NCBI RefSeq assembly: GCF_001194135.2
Contig: NC_068991.1
Span: 4,072,175-4,136,174, forward strand
Direction: 5' to 3'
Length of the DNA stretch: 64,000 nucleotides
Origin: Octopus bimaculoides
Lineage: Eukaryota
The number at the start of each line of letters is the position of its first letter. Position 1 is the stretch's first letter. The notes under the pieces were generated by a model, which saw only the letters and a list, made by a program, of their open reading frames with translations, made no database searches and had not been told where the DNA came from. Below, piece after piece: positions 13,423 to 25,975 of the stretch. Both the position numbers and the translations under genes were made by a program.

Positions 13423-13890
13423 NNNNNNNNNNNNNNNNNNNNNNNNNNNNNNNNNNNNNNNNNNNNNNNNNNNNNNNNNNNNNNNNNNNNNNNNNNNNNN
13501 NNNNNNNNNNNNNNNNNNNNNNNNNNNNNNNNNNNNNNNNNNNNNNNNNNNNNNNNNNNNNNNNNNNNNNNNNNNNNNNNNNNNNNNNNNNNNNNNNNNN
13601 NNNNNNNNNNNNNNNNNNNNNNNNNNNNNNNNNNNNNNNNNNNNNNNNNNNNNNNNNNNNNNNNNNNNNNNNNNNNNNNNNNNNNNNNNNNNNNNNNNNN
13701 NNNNNNNNNNNNNNNNNNNNNNNNNNNNNNNNNNNNNNNNNNNNNNNNNNNNNNNNNNNNNNNNNNNNNNNNNNNNNNNNNNNNNNNNNNNNNNNNNNNN
13801 NNNNNNNNNNNNNNNNNNNNNNNNNNNNNNNNNNNNNNNNNNNNNNNNNNNNNNNNNNNNNNNNNNNNNNNNNNNNNNNNNNNNNATATA

Positions 13891-13924
<34 letters not shown>

Positions 13925-14303
13925 CTCACTTAATAGTGAAATACGCAGCAAGAAGCTGAAGAACTGATATTAATTAAAAAATTAAAAACATTGCTGTAGG
14001 TGAAATAGTAATGAAAACATAATGTACACACAAACACGAACATACACACGGGAACATACAGAAACATAGTCACAGGCAAACACACATATACATATCCGCA
14101 CTCATAAAGACACACATAAGCGCACACAGATGCACACTGTCTCCTACGTGTTTGCTGTGTTTGTGGTAAAATCACCTCTCAACTCCGCAAAATGAACGAT
14201 TGTTAAAGTGAAGAATGTAGAAATAAAGGTTAAATACAAGCATCACAAAGAAAGAATTTGAGATGCATCATTCAAATACCATATGAGTACATGTATATAT
14301 ATG

Positions 14304-14351
<48 letters not shown>

Positions 14352-14404
14352 NNNNNNNNNNTATGTATGTGTATATATATACATATATACATATACATAT
14401 ATAC

Positions 14405-14489
<85 letters not shown>

Positions 14490-14761
14490 CACCCATATAT
14501 ATACAGACACACACGAATATACGTTCACATACTCAGACACACACACACACGCATATATATATGTATATATACTTATGCCGTGAGTGTTTATGTATGTATG
14601 CACGTGGGTGAACAACTATATGTGTAAGTTCTACACTATCATCCAATCAATTAATAATCGCTAATCGCGCTGATATGAAGGCGACATGAAATATAATGAA
14701 GCGAATACTGCCGTAAAACAAAGAACGACTGGGAAAGAAAGAGAGCGAGAGAGTGAAAGAG

Positions 14762-14798
<37 letters not shown>

Positions 14799-15005
14799 CA
14801 GAGAGAAAGAGACAGAGAGAAAGAGACACAGAGCGGGAGAAATAAAATGATGAGTGAAGTAGATAATATTAAGAGGTGGGAAGATATTAAAGAACACAGC
14901 TCTTTTTCGAAGTAATTATCTTAAAACCAGCGATAAAGATGTACTATAATAAAAGCATAGAATAAATGAAAATACCAAATTAAATACAATAAACTAAATA
15001 CGTGT

Positions 15006-15043
<38 letters not shown>

Positions 15044-15385
15044 NNNNNNNNNNNNNNNNNNNNNNNNNNNNNNNNNNNNNNNNNNNNNNNNNNNNNNNNN
15101 NNNNNNNNNNNNNNNNNNNNNNNNNNNNNNNNNNNNNNNNNNNNNNNNNNNNNNNNNNNNNNNNNNNNNNNNNNNNNNNNNNNNNNNNNNNNNNNNNNNN
15201 NNNNNNNNNNNNNNNNNNNNNNNNNNNNNNNNNNNNNNNNNNNNNNNNNNNNNNNNNNNTTTAATGTTTTCTGAATTACACAGTTTTAAACATTCCGAAT
15301 GTCTATTCCTTGAGGGGGTGAATTAATACTGATAAATACCTGCATTAGACACCTGTACACTGATACAACAATCTGCTGTTGCTTG

Positions 15386-15389
<4 letters not shown>

Positions 15390-15423
<34 letters not shown>

Positions 15424-15462
15424 TATCTACTGCTGCTACTACTACTACGACTACTGGTAATG

Positions 15463-15524
<62 letters not shown>

Positions 15525-15875
15525 AAGAAGAAGAAGAAGAACAACAAGAAGAAGTAGAAGAAGAAGAAGAAATATAAGAAGAAGAAGAAGAAATTTAAGA
15601 AGAAGAAGAAGAAATATAAGAAGAAGAGGAGGAAGAAGAAGAAGGAGAAAGAGGAGGAAGAGGCGGAGGAGAAAAAGAAGAAGAACAAGAACAAGAATAG
15701 GAACAACTACAACAACAACAGCAAAAACAAGAGGCCGACGACGATGACGAAGACGACGACGACGACGAAGAAGAAGAAGAAGAAGAAGAAGAAGAAGAAA
15801 AAGAAGAAGAAGAAGAAGAAGAAGAAGAAGAAGAAGAATAAGAAGAAGACGAAGAAGAAGAAGAAGAAGAAGAAG

Positions 15876-15906
<31 letters not shown>
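15390..15906. repeat. Compound (CTG)n/(TAC)n/(TAA)n/(AGA)n microsatellite tract
   Basis: Direct reading. Confidence 0.95.
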
Positions 15907-15907
<1 letters not shown>

Positions 15908-16400
15908 GTTCCGCAAACTTTTCAGCCACGTCAATTTTGTAACCTGCTTCGCCTTATCCTCAAGACAGAGAAACACTGCTTGCACCACTTTGTTAGGGGT
16001 AGGTGGCGGGGCTACCCTTCGGAGGAACGCGACTTATATGCGGATGCGCACTACAAGCGACAAGACCTGTTCGACATTACAAGACATTTATGCTCGATTA
16101 TTGCAGTAGTACCTACAATACTCTTACGCATTTCGGACATTCCCACCTGAATTTACTGCCATTGACATCCATTACCATTGAGTTACCACCCAAGTTCAAG
16201 AAGATCGTCAGCAGCACTATATCTAATTCTTTCCATTAATCCACTGTCACAGCAATTTTGCGATCCAGCAATTCTTATCTCGGCAATGTCTGCCACATAC
16301 ATGCCAAGAGATTTCAAGGCGCTATTGAAATAACCTCACTTTCAAGCTGACCGTAGACCAGGTACAATTACAGAACGTGAGCGACATCATGGAGAAAATA
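15907..16400 (-). mobile_element. Possible decayed RTE-like LINE (AP-endonuclease N-terminus)
   Basis: LKSLGMYVADIAEIRIAGS (16318-16261) resembles EL..L.VDIAAL.E.R..GSG; weak. Confidence 0.35.
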
Positions 16401-16979
16401 GGGGGAGGAGAATTTACTCATCTTCATCAGTAAAAATGGCGGACAGACTTCGTCCTTTTTCCAGAAAGGTATTCCTCAAAAGGACTTTGTAATTTTGTCA
16501 TGCTTTCTAGTTTTCTAAAATTCACAATGTGTACTAGCAAATTATTCAAGAGAATATAGAAATGTCTCTGGCTGTTTATTTATTGTCTGGTTTTGTTTGT
16601 TATTCACGGATGATTTATTTGATAACGGTGAACTTGCTGATGGATTTTATTCCAGTGTTTGCTCCTGTTCGTTGCTATGGCCGTTGTTGTTTATTCCGAT
16701 GTTCTTCTCGGTCACCTTGCATGTATTCCTATTACTTCCGTAGAGGCAAATTTATCAACTCTGGTCGTGGTTGTTGTTGCTGTTGTTGTTGTTCTTGGAG
16801 TTTTTCTTGCATAAAAATAGATAATAAATGTAATCATATACCACCTCTTCTTTATCGTTATCATCATCATCATCATCATCATCATCAGTAGCAGCAGCAG
16901 CAGCGTCGTCGTCGTCGTCGTCGTCATCGTCATCATCATCATCATCATTATCATGATCATGATTACCATCATCATCAAG

Positions 16980-17024
<45 letters not shown>

Positions 17025-17079
17025 GACTAAAGCTTCTTTCCGAGTCATATAGGATTGTATGACTAGTTTCCCAGTTTGT

Positions 17080-17190
17080 GTGGCATATATATTCCCCCAC
17101 AGGAGCGGATGCTTGTGTGCCGCATTCAAGAACATAAGGCGTCGCACGGTCCGGGAATCGAAATCGCAATCTTGGGAAGATGTGTTTAAC
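17080..17190 (-). mobile_element. tRNA-derived SINE-like head, family unassigned
   Basis: Minus-strand B-box-like GATTTCGATTCCCGGACCG; no complete cloverleaf. Confidence 0.45.
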
Positions 17191-17832
17191 ACGTACCTAC
17201 ACACACACACATATACACACATACACACACACACGCACATTCGCTCACGGAAAATGAAAAACATCTACGCATACACACACACCCCTTTTCTATATAACGA
17301 ATTTTGAAAATACTGAATGGAAAATTTATAGGAATTTGAACAATTGGATGGATGGTTGACCAAATTTCTGTGAAGTAGCAAGGGATACAACAGTAAGGAA
17401 TTTTTGCGATATATTACACGTCAGTAATTTTAAATCTGAGATATATTCTGGGAGTTACAAGAAAACAGCAAATACGATTAGAAGAAGACGTTTTCCAATG
17501 TAACAAGCAAATTGAGATTTTTATATTCGAGCGTTAGCAATAATTGTTACAATCATTGTGAAGAAGCTAAAAATGAAAACCAAGAAAGATTAAATAAAAT
17601 AACATTGATAGAAATCCAGAAGAGCGTGAGAAGATATTGCAAAATCTTCCCTCCGGAAATGCAATCGTAACGTTATCAGATCAGTGAAAAACTACCCCGA
17701 TTACTCAAGTTAAAGATATGCCCGGTGAGTTTCGTGTGTATACGTTAGCCACGTAACTCGCTCATAAGTACTTAAGTTTTCTAATTATCTTTCACGTTAA
17801 AACACACTGGAAGTATTTTCCCTACATTGACA

Positions 17833-18165
17833 GAGCCGTGCCGTTGTGAAATTCTCTTTTGCAACCACGCGATTTCCGGTTCAATCACACTGCACAGCGT
17901 ATTAGGTAAGTATCATGTACTTTAACACTGGGCGGATAATACCTCTTGAATGAACTTCCAAGACGGAAACCTTGTGGAAGCTCATTTTAGAAGAGACCGT
18001 GTGGAAGCTCGTGCCATAACCCAGCAGTTCGGTAAAAAAGATCGGTTGAATAAGTGACGGACATAAAACACAAAGATTTACTGGGTCGATTTATTTAACT
18101 AAAGCCATTCGAACGGCTACCACTACAAGGCTGACATCCAGTGACTGGAAGAATCAAAAGGAAAT
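17833..18165 (+). mobile_element. Old degenerate family-A-like SINE
   Basis: CAACCACGCGATTTCCGGTTCAATCACACTGC...AGACGGAAAC...GGAAGCTC...GGGTCGATTTATTTAACTAAA collinear with family A. Confidence 0.55.
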
Positions 18166-18465
18166 GACAAAATATTTCCAGTTATTAGGAAAGTAGTTCA
18201 CACGTTCCGAGTGAACGTTCATCACACATGTTGGGTGATGTATTTTGCAACACGTGTACGTGTATCTAGACCGGTTGGAGAAGCATCTTGATGTCCTGGA
18301 ATGCTCCATACAATAATTATATATGCTTATTTACTTCATGTGTTTATATTCCAGATTCACTTTGTCTATTTATTAATTTAGTAAAGAGATCGATCATAAA
18401 TCCAAGAGTTTTATAATCAAGTTATTCACCATTTGTTTTTCCAATTCATCATCCGGGAACGATTA

Positions 18466-18551
18466 TATAAGTACCATTTGCGCTCCATGGTGACTGTATT
18501 CGACTGGCACTCTCCTCTAAAATTGCTGGTCTTGTGCCAAAATGTGAAATC
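18466..18551 (+). mobile_element. SINE family B tail fragment
   Basis: ATAAGTACCA...AAATTGCTGGTCTTGTGCCAAAATGTGAAA. Confidence 0.7.
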
Positions 18552-18723
18552 GATATCGTTTTATATTATAGTTAGATTTCTTTGTAGTAATATTTCTTCA
18601 GTTCTATTGTGCTCACTGTTCCAGGACCGGTGGCTGAAGAACTAGTTACACTCTGTGAAATAATCTATATGTTGGGAGCTCAGGATGAAGGAATGTCACA
18701 ACAGATATGCATCAATTGCTACG

Positions 18724-18791
<68 letters not shown>

Positions 18792-18812
18792 ATCTATCTA
18801 TCTATCTATCTA

Positions 18813-18859
<47 letters not shown>

Positions 18860-19692
18860 CTGGATGATATGAAGGTACGGCCACTCTGTGCCAAGCACAT
18901 ATTTAGATTACAGACGAATTTTGTGGAATTATTACGACTGAAAATTATTCGAGAAAATTTATTTGAAAATTCTATCAGATTAAGGGATAGCATTTAGGCG
19001 ATTTGGGTTGTTAGATCCTGCATTCCAGTGCGTATATAGATATGCCAAATATTATGTTATTTTTATGACTCTGGTCAGCTCCTTTTGTAAGAATGCCATC
19101 GGCCATATTGTTTTTGTCGTTGGAGTCTATATAGCGAGTAACTTCGGTAAGAGTAAAACATTCTACGTTGCTTTTTGTGCTGGATCTTACATAAGCCGTG
19201 TGTGTATATAAGAAAGCTACCGACAACATAGAAAGAGTCGATGTGCTACATAGTTTCTTTTTCAATATTTCTTACCAAAATATGTTTTTCACAGATGTAC
19301 AATTTAGTTTTCATTCAGTGTGGTAGCCGACTGACACATATGCTGATTGACTGGTATTTTCATTACCGTTCTTCTAGCTACTTCTTACTGAATCGCCTTC
19401 TTGAACTGCCATCAGCTTACTTGACATGTCTGGAAACTTTGTCAGCTCGTTAAGGAAAGCGACGAAGCAAAATGACTGTATCTCGCCTAAATACTTGAGA
19501 TATCCGAAAATGTCAACACCTTCTAGTTCTCGACATTTTCCATTATGAATACAATAACAACAATTCTAAAGTTTTTTTGAAAGATTCACAAAATATATTG
19601 AACGTATTGCAGAGATCAGGAAAACAACAAGTTATTTGCAGCTTGCTCGAAATACGGGGAAACATATTTTCTTCTTGTATGAGGAATTTAAT

Positions 19693-20035
19693 GAAGACTA
19701 CTACTACCACTACTACTACTACTGCTACTACTACTACTACTACTACTACTGATGACGATGAGGATGATGATGATGATAACGATGGAAATAATGGAGATTG
19801 ATGATGATGATGGTGATGATAATGATGATGATGATCATGATGATCATGATGATCATGATGGTGATGGTGATGGTGATGATGATGATTGATGATGATGATT
19901 GATGATGATGATGATTGATGATGATGATGATTGATGATGATGATGATGATGATGATGGTGATGGTGATGGTGATGGTGATGATGATGATTGATGATGATG
20001 ATTGATGATGATGATGATTGATGATGATGACGATG
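19693..20035. repeat. (TAC)n then interrupted (GAT)n array with higher-order structure
   Basis: Recurrent GATGATGATGATT units and a duplicated GGTGAT block. Confidence 0.9.
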
Positions 20036-20060
20036 ATCCTTTCTACTGTAGGCACAAGAC

Positions 20061-20223
20061 AAATAGGGGCTGCAATAAGGGTGGAGCACTTGCAGAAAAC
20101 AGCACTGCTTGGAACTTGTCGAATACTCCGGATGGTGCTCGAAAAATAAGGGATGTTACCTTAGTTCACTGGTAGTGAACAGCTGACACCGTAGTGCACC
20201 TCCAACGTTAGAAACTGTGCAAA
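20061..20223 (+). mobile_element. RLE-1 LINE 3' end (second copy)
   Basis: IGAAIRVEHLQKTALLGTCRILRMVLEK* plus 3' UTR; clear inverted match to 1769-1932. Confidence 0.9.
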
Positions 20224-20467
20224 CTCAGGTTTTGTTTGAACTCTTGGAGCCTTGCGTGCGTAGTAGGCTTGCCACGTGCGCCCTATGGTACCATGCTATC
20301 TGATCTTTTCAGCTATCTAATACTTTCCTGATTATTCTGGCTGTGCCAAGGAGGCAAAGCTTTCGTATTAGTTCTACTGAGAACTCTATTCCAATTTCCT
20401 TCAAATTCCTCTTGGTGTCTTCTGATGCTGTCCCCAAGGATCCAACAATAATTGGCACTGTCTTCAG
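20224..20467 (-). mobile_element. 3' end of a second RLE-type LINE family (RLE-2)
   Basis: LKTVPIIVGSLGTASEDTKRNLKEIGIEFSVELIRKLCLLGTARIIRKVLDS*, paralogous to the RLE-1 C-terminus but with a different DNA sequence and 3' UTR. Confidence 0.85.
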
Positions 20468-20525
20468 TAGAGCTATCAAATATTTAAGAATCTAGTATTG
20501 TTGCTGTTGTTGCTGTGGTTGTTAC

Positions 20526-20556
<31 letters not shown>

Positions 20557-21199
20557 CTTCTTCTTCTTCTTCTTCTTGTGCATGCGTGTGCGTGATTGTG
20601 TGAGTNNNNNNNNNNTATGTGTGTGTATGTATGTATATGTATACTCACCTTGCATTCAATATTTCGGGGTTATGACCCCATTTTCAAGAAATTGACGAAT
20701 GTTGCCGATGCGCGTGTGTGTGAGTGTGAGTGGAAGGGACATGCTCAGAAGGATGTTGCTATAACAACCAGCTAGCTTCCTGTTACACACGCTCATATTT
20801 ACTTCGCATTGTTTTGGCCTTACCCACAACCTTTCATACAATACACTTTTCACAATGTTTTATAATAATTATTTCATAACACACACACACACACATACAC
20901 ACACACACACACATACACAGACACACACACATACACACACACACATATATTGTATTTTATAATATATATATGTATATATATATATGATGGACACTGGTAT
21001 CGTTAGACTATGTATGAGGGTTCGACAATTTCTTACCGATCGATTACACAGATGATTTGCTTATAGTGATCAAACGTTTGTATACACATAAGCTCGCTCC
21101 CTCCATATATGTGTATCCTACTGCTTATGTGTGGTCCCCGATGATATGGCAACTGGCGTTGTTTTGTTAAATGTATGTATGTATGTATAAATTAATTGA

Positions 21200-21290
21200 A
21201 GGGGTTGATCCGTTCGGTTAAACCGCTAGCAGGCATTGCTCCAGAATGGCCGAAGTTCAGTGACTGAATGAAGTAAATGATAGAAGATAA
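21200..21290 (+). mobile_element. Degenerate SINE family A tail
   Basis: GGGGTTGATCCGTTCGGTTAAA...GCTCCAGAATGGCCGAAGTTCAGTGACTGAA. Confidence 0.55.
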
Positions 21291-21479
21291 ATATTGTAAA
21301 ACATTTTATTCCGGCACTTTACAGATTCCAGCCATGCCAACACCTAATAATGGTGTTACTTCTGCTTCAGTGAATCGTCAATCGCTACGCATTACAATCG
21401 CAGTCGATCAAATGCACGCTGCAGTATCACGTCCCAAATACATTAGCATCAAAATCAGTTCGGCTGACTCCACCACAAT

Positions 21480-22030
21480 CAAAGGCCACCGCCACCGAAA
21501 CCACCACCACCACCACTACAACAACAAAAACAACACCACCTCCGAAACCAAAACTGCAGAAACAGCAGCTGCAGTACCACCACCATCACAACAACAACAA
21601 CAGGAACAACAACAACAACAGGAACAACAACATCAACATCTCCAGAACCAAAACAGCACCAGCAATACCACCACCTTAACAACAAAGACAGCAGCACCTC
21701 CAAAACGAGATTACCAGCGCCACCAAGTATAACAACACGAACATCAAACCCATCCCCACTACCACCACCATCATCATCACCAGCATCACCATCACCACCA
21801 TCATCATCACCACCATCATTATCACCAAGACCACGACCACGACCAACCCCAACCACCAACACTAATGCCACCACTACCATCAACACCACCATCACCACCA
21901 CCATCCTCATCATCACCACCAACGCCAACCACAACATCACCACCACCACCACCAATGCCACCACCACTACCATCAACACCCCCTCCACTACTACCAGCTT
22001 TTTCAATCCGAACATTACAACAGACATCAA
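21480..22030. repeat. Cryptic ACC/AAC/ATC low-complexity tract
   Basis: Direct reading, with an internal near-duplication of AATGCCACC..ACTACCATCAACACC. Confidence 0.85.
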
Positions 22031-22343
22031 CGCCACCACCGGACGCATCGTAACAGCAACATCTAAAGCACAATTACTGCTATCACTTAGTAATGCCAAA
22101 TATAAACCATGCTCATATTTCTGGCAAGCAGTTCTGAGGTTATTTCGCGAAGTTCAGAGCTTGTCTTTCAAAATTGCATTCTCCTGCCATCCAGCGTTCG
22201 TCCATCGCCACCGTTAGCCTGCTTTTGATTGGTTGAAATGTATAAAGGATCTTACGCAACAGAAAAGTCAATCCCGTACTCAATCGCGATTCATTTTTCT
22301 GTCTCTTTGTCTCTCTCTTCCTCTCACTTTCATATATACACAG

Positions 22344-22387
<44 letters not shown>

Positions 22388-22517
22388 NNNNNNNNNNTCT
22401 CTCTCTTTCTCTCTCTCTCTCTATCTCTCTCTCTTTCTCTCTCTCTCACTCACTCTATATACACGTATCAGTGTGTGTGGTTGTATATATATATATTCTT
22501 TTTTTTCTCTTATATAC

Positions 22518-22745
22518 TTTTACTTCAGTAATTTCACTGCAGCCATGCTGGAGCACCGCCTTCAGTTGAAGAAATCGACCCAAGGACTTATTCTTCGTAA
22601 GCCTAGTACTTATTCTGTCGGTCTTATTTGCCGAACCGCTAGACGACCGGTTCTCAAGTGATGGTAGAGAGACAAACACAGACACAAATACACAGACACA
22701 CACACACAAATATGCGACGGGCTTCTTTCAGTTTCCGTTACCAAA
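22518..22745 (-). mobile_element. SINE family A, 5'-truncated
   Basis: GCCATGCTGGAGCACCGCC...AAGCCTAGTACTTATTCT...CGACGGGCTTCTTTCAGTTTCCGT matches 56826-57110. Confidence 0.9.
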
Positions 22746-22990
22746 CGCAATTATTTTGAAAAATCCTGGGAATAGAGAGTGCACGACTTTCTCAAAACAC
22801 GTATGGTATGAAAAGAAATTAGTTCTTCCCATTTTCAAGCAAAACTTTGAAAAATTTAGCCCATGAAGACATGAATCTTACCCATGCATGTGCATGCATG
22901 CGTGTGTTTGCATTTGTGCCTGTTTTGACAAACGTTGTTGGTTCATTTGCATCCTCGTAATTTAGCAATTCAAAAGAGGTTGCTGATAAT

Positions 22991-23110
22991 AATAAGTACC
23001 AGACACAGCAAAACCTTAGCTAGTGTGGTCGATTTCTTCGACTAAAACCCTTAAAATCGTTGCCCCAGCATGGCCGCAGTCCATCGACTACAAACAAGGG
23101 AAGAATAAAT
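22991..23110 (+). mobile_element. SINE A-type 3' tail variant
   Basis: GGTCGATTTCTTCGACTAAAA...TGCCCCAGCATGGCCGCAGTC. Confidence 0.7.
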
Positions 23111-24033
23111 TGATAAAAAAAATACAAAAGATAAACTATATATAAATATCTATGCATTGCAAATATAATCGATCTTCGGAAAATAAGTTAAATTTTTATG
23201 AAAAAATACCAGACCATAGTTAATAAAAATGAATACTTTGGAAAATGGAGACCCAGGAAACCGCTGGATACAGAATAACTGTCAGAAAGGCGGGGTGGGC
23301 ATTGTTGGATTGCATTTCATATCGGAATTGTCAGTCACAGCTGAAATGTAATTGAATAACAGCAATAACAACCTATATACTAGCATATATTTGATTGACT
23401 GAGAAATCGAATATCGGCCACGTAACGATACGCTAAACCTCAACTTACACATGTTCAGCTGCGTTTATTCCGCATACGAATGAGAATCACTAGTCACATG
23501 TGTTCAACGACAATAGAAGAAGAGTTTTCAACGAAAATATTATTGTGAACATAATCCAGCTCATTGTAAACAAGCAACGATATAGAAAATTACAAGAAAC
23601 TAAATCTAATACAAATACTAGCTCTAGGCAGATGTAAGAGAATACGAAACAATATAGCGAATAAAATTTTCTTGCAAGATAGGATAGCAAAAATCACTTA
23701 AATTCTTGCATAATCCAATCAAATTTGTTTCTTGAGAATCTCGAATCTAATATATTTTTTTTACTTCATATACTGTCAGTATGAATCATTATTTTCCTAT
23801 AAATATATATGGGTTCATATATNNNNNNNNNNNNNNNNNNNNNNNNNNNNNNNNNNNNNNNNNNNNNNNNNNNNNNNNNNNNNNNNNNNNAATTATAATT
23901 AAGGGTATCTAAAAGATACCACCATGCTAGATATAGCAGCCAAAACTTGACTCTAAAACTACATTAAGTGTTCATACAGCACCAGGAGAGAAGACAAAGA
24001 GACAAAATAAACTAGCAAAAAACTATTGGATAA

Positions 24034-24088
24034 TTCCAGATCCCGGATTTCTGGCTTTACATAAGAAATGCTTTGCCTTCATCAGTGG
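24034..24088 (-). ncRNA. Minimal type I hammerhead ribozyme motif (left arm)
   Basis: CCA-CTGATGA-A-GGC(19 nt)GCC-A-GAAA-TCCGGGATC-TGG; stem III A-U, U-A, C-G intact; stem I only 3 bp. Confidence 0.65.
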
Positions 24089-24234
24089 CAAAGTACACGG
24101 GTGGATTTCTACTCCTTCCGATATAAGCCAAACAAACAACCCTGCAGACACACAATAGAGAGTTCACCTTTGAATCAAATCTGAAGATGTTCCACTCTAA
24201 TGTTTAAAACCACATATATACGTATTTTGCGTAT

Positions 24235-24293
24235 ATTCCACTGATGAAGGCAAAGTATTTCTTATGCAAAGCCAGAAACCCAGGATCTGGAAT
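24235..24293 (+). ncRNA. Minimal type I hammerhead ribozyme motif (right arm)
   Basis: ATTCCA-CTGATGA-A-GGC(19 nt)GCC-A-GAAA-CCCAGGATC-TGGAAT; 6-bp stem I; predicted cleavage after C24287; one stem III mismatch. Confidence 0.7.
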
Positions 24294-24452
24294 TATCCAA
24301 TAATTTTTTGCAAGTTTATTTTGTCTCTTTGTCTTCTCTCCTGGTGCTGTATGAACATTCAATGTGATTTTAGAGTCAAGTTTTGGCTGTTATATCTAGC
24401 ATGGTGGTATCTTTCAGATAATCTGAAGTATAATTTTAATAATAATTATTAC

Positions 24453-24491
<39 letters not shown>

Positions 24492-25907
24492 GTTTACTTT
24501 TCTGTGTCTACACTTTCCATTAAAGTTCTTTGAGGACCAGGCTTTCTTGCACAAATTAAAAACGCAGAGACCGCATTTACCATAGTTTTTGGAGGGACGT
24601 TGTCGTGTCAAGAGACTAATATTCTGATTTCATACAATTTAAAGCAAACGTTAAAGATGAAATTAATGCATTCTATTTTGTGTGTGAGCGCACGTGTGAA
24701 TGAGTGTATGTGTGTGTATATATGTGTGTTTCTGTGTGTGTGTGTGTGTGAAAGAACAAGCTATATAGGTCTAAGGAAATAAGATGGTCAGCAGATGTGA
24801 CTATGTTTCTTGAAGCTTACCAACTGGTCGGTAGATATTAAGAATAAATTATAATAGTGTCATCTGCGATTAGCTAAAACGACAAAAAAAAAGAAGAAAG
24901 ATAACTACAGTAACAGCTACCGCATCAACAACAACAACATTCGTATGGAAAACAAATTCTTAAAGAAAAACTAAACGTAGCAACAAAGAAAAACCTGACG
25001 GATCAATAACAGAGGTAAGAGATATGGAGTCGATAGCGAATGTTAGATCAGATATATAACAACAGTTGTTAGGAGCAAAAACAACAACAACAGCCACAAC
25101 AAGAACAGTGTAAACATTGTCACAACCATGAGCAACAAGGATAATGGTAATTCCACCTCTCTTTTCCAAAAAAAAAAAAAGAAGAGTATCAGTAAAAATT
25201 TATCCATAACCATCAATACGTACTACCGCAATAAAAGGAAGAAAAAAAAAGCATAGGAAACTATTGTAACGTATGAAAGAATATAAACACGCTGGAAAAA
25301 ATAAACGGTAAAAAGAAAAAAAAAACAAAAAAACAAGCAGCAACTAACAACAGCAGATACATGACCAAAGCATCATGACCAAGAGAAGAACGGGGGAAAA
25401 AATTTAGCAACAATAACGATCTGAGTCAATAATAACAAGAAAATGAACAACAACGACTGCAATAAATATATATATATATATACATATACGTGGAGGCAAA
25501 AAAGAAAAAAAGAGAAAAGACGAAACGATAAATGTCTTTATATTGGGTTGACATTTTCAGTGAAAGATAATCGCAGCAGTATTTATAAGTCAGCCATGAT
25601 ATATTTGTGTAAATCTTGCTTTTAAAATAGAAGTATGGAAGCAGCGATTCTGTAAAATACGTAAACACAGAGACAGAAATTTAACAGTTTTGCATACAAC
25701 GAGTACAAAGATATATGCATCACGTGTGTGATTGTGCGTGTGTGTGTGTGCTTGTGTGTGTGTTTGCGTGTGTATCTATGTGTTTATGTGTGTATATATA
25801 TACATATGTGTATGTAATATGTTTGTGTGTATGCATTTATGTAGAATTTATGTATGTATGTCTGTTAGTCTCTCAGTCTCTCAGTCTCTCTCTCTTTCTC
25901 CCTCTCT

Positions 25908-25975
<68 letters not shown>

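Larger units (their letters stand above)
23906..24420. mobile_element. Penelope-like terminus: two 183-bp inverted arms (23906-24088, 24238-24420) around a 149-bp spacer
   Basis: Arms differ at about 12 positions by eye, nearly all transitions; both contain a hammerhead motif; the spacer translates FLLLPI*AKQTTLQTHNREFTFESNLKMF, weakly like a PLE GIY-YIG C-terminus. Confidence 0.8.

Noticed and set aside
18900-19690. Possible hAT transposase remnant on the minus strand
   Set aside because: Only vague similarity (FP.L); no TIR or diagnostic motif found
21277-22099. 151-aa and 206-aa ORFs as low-complexity proteins
   Set aside because: Open frames are expected in ACC/AAC-rich tracts; no domain or convincing splice pair
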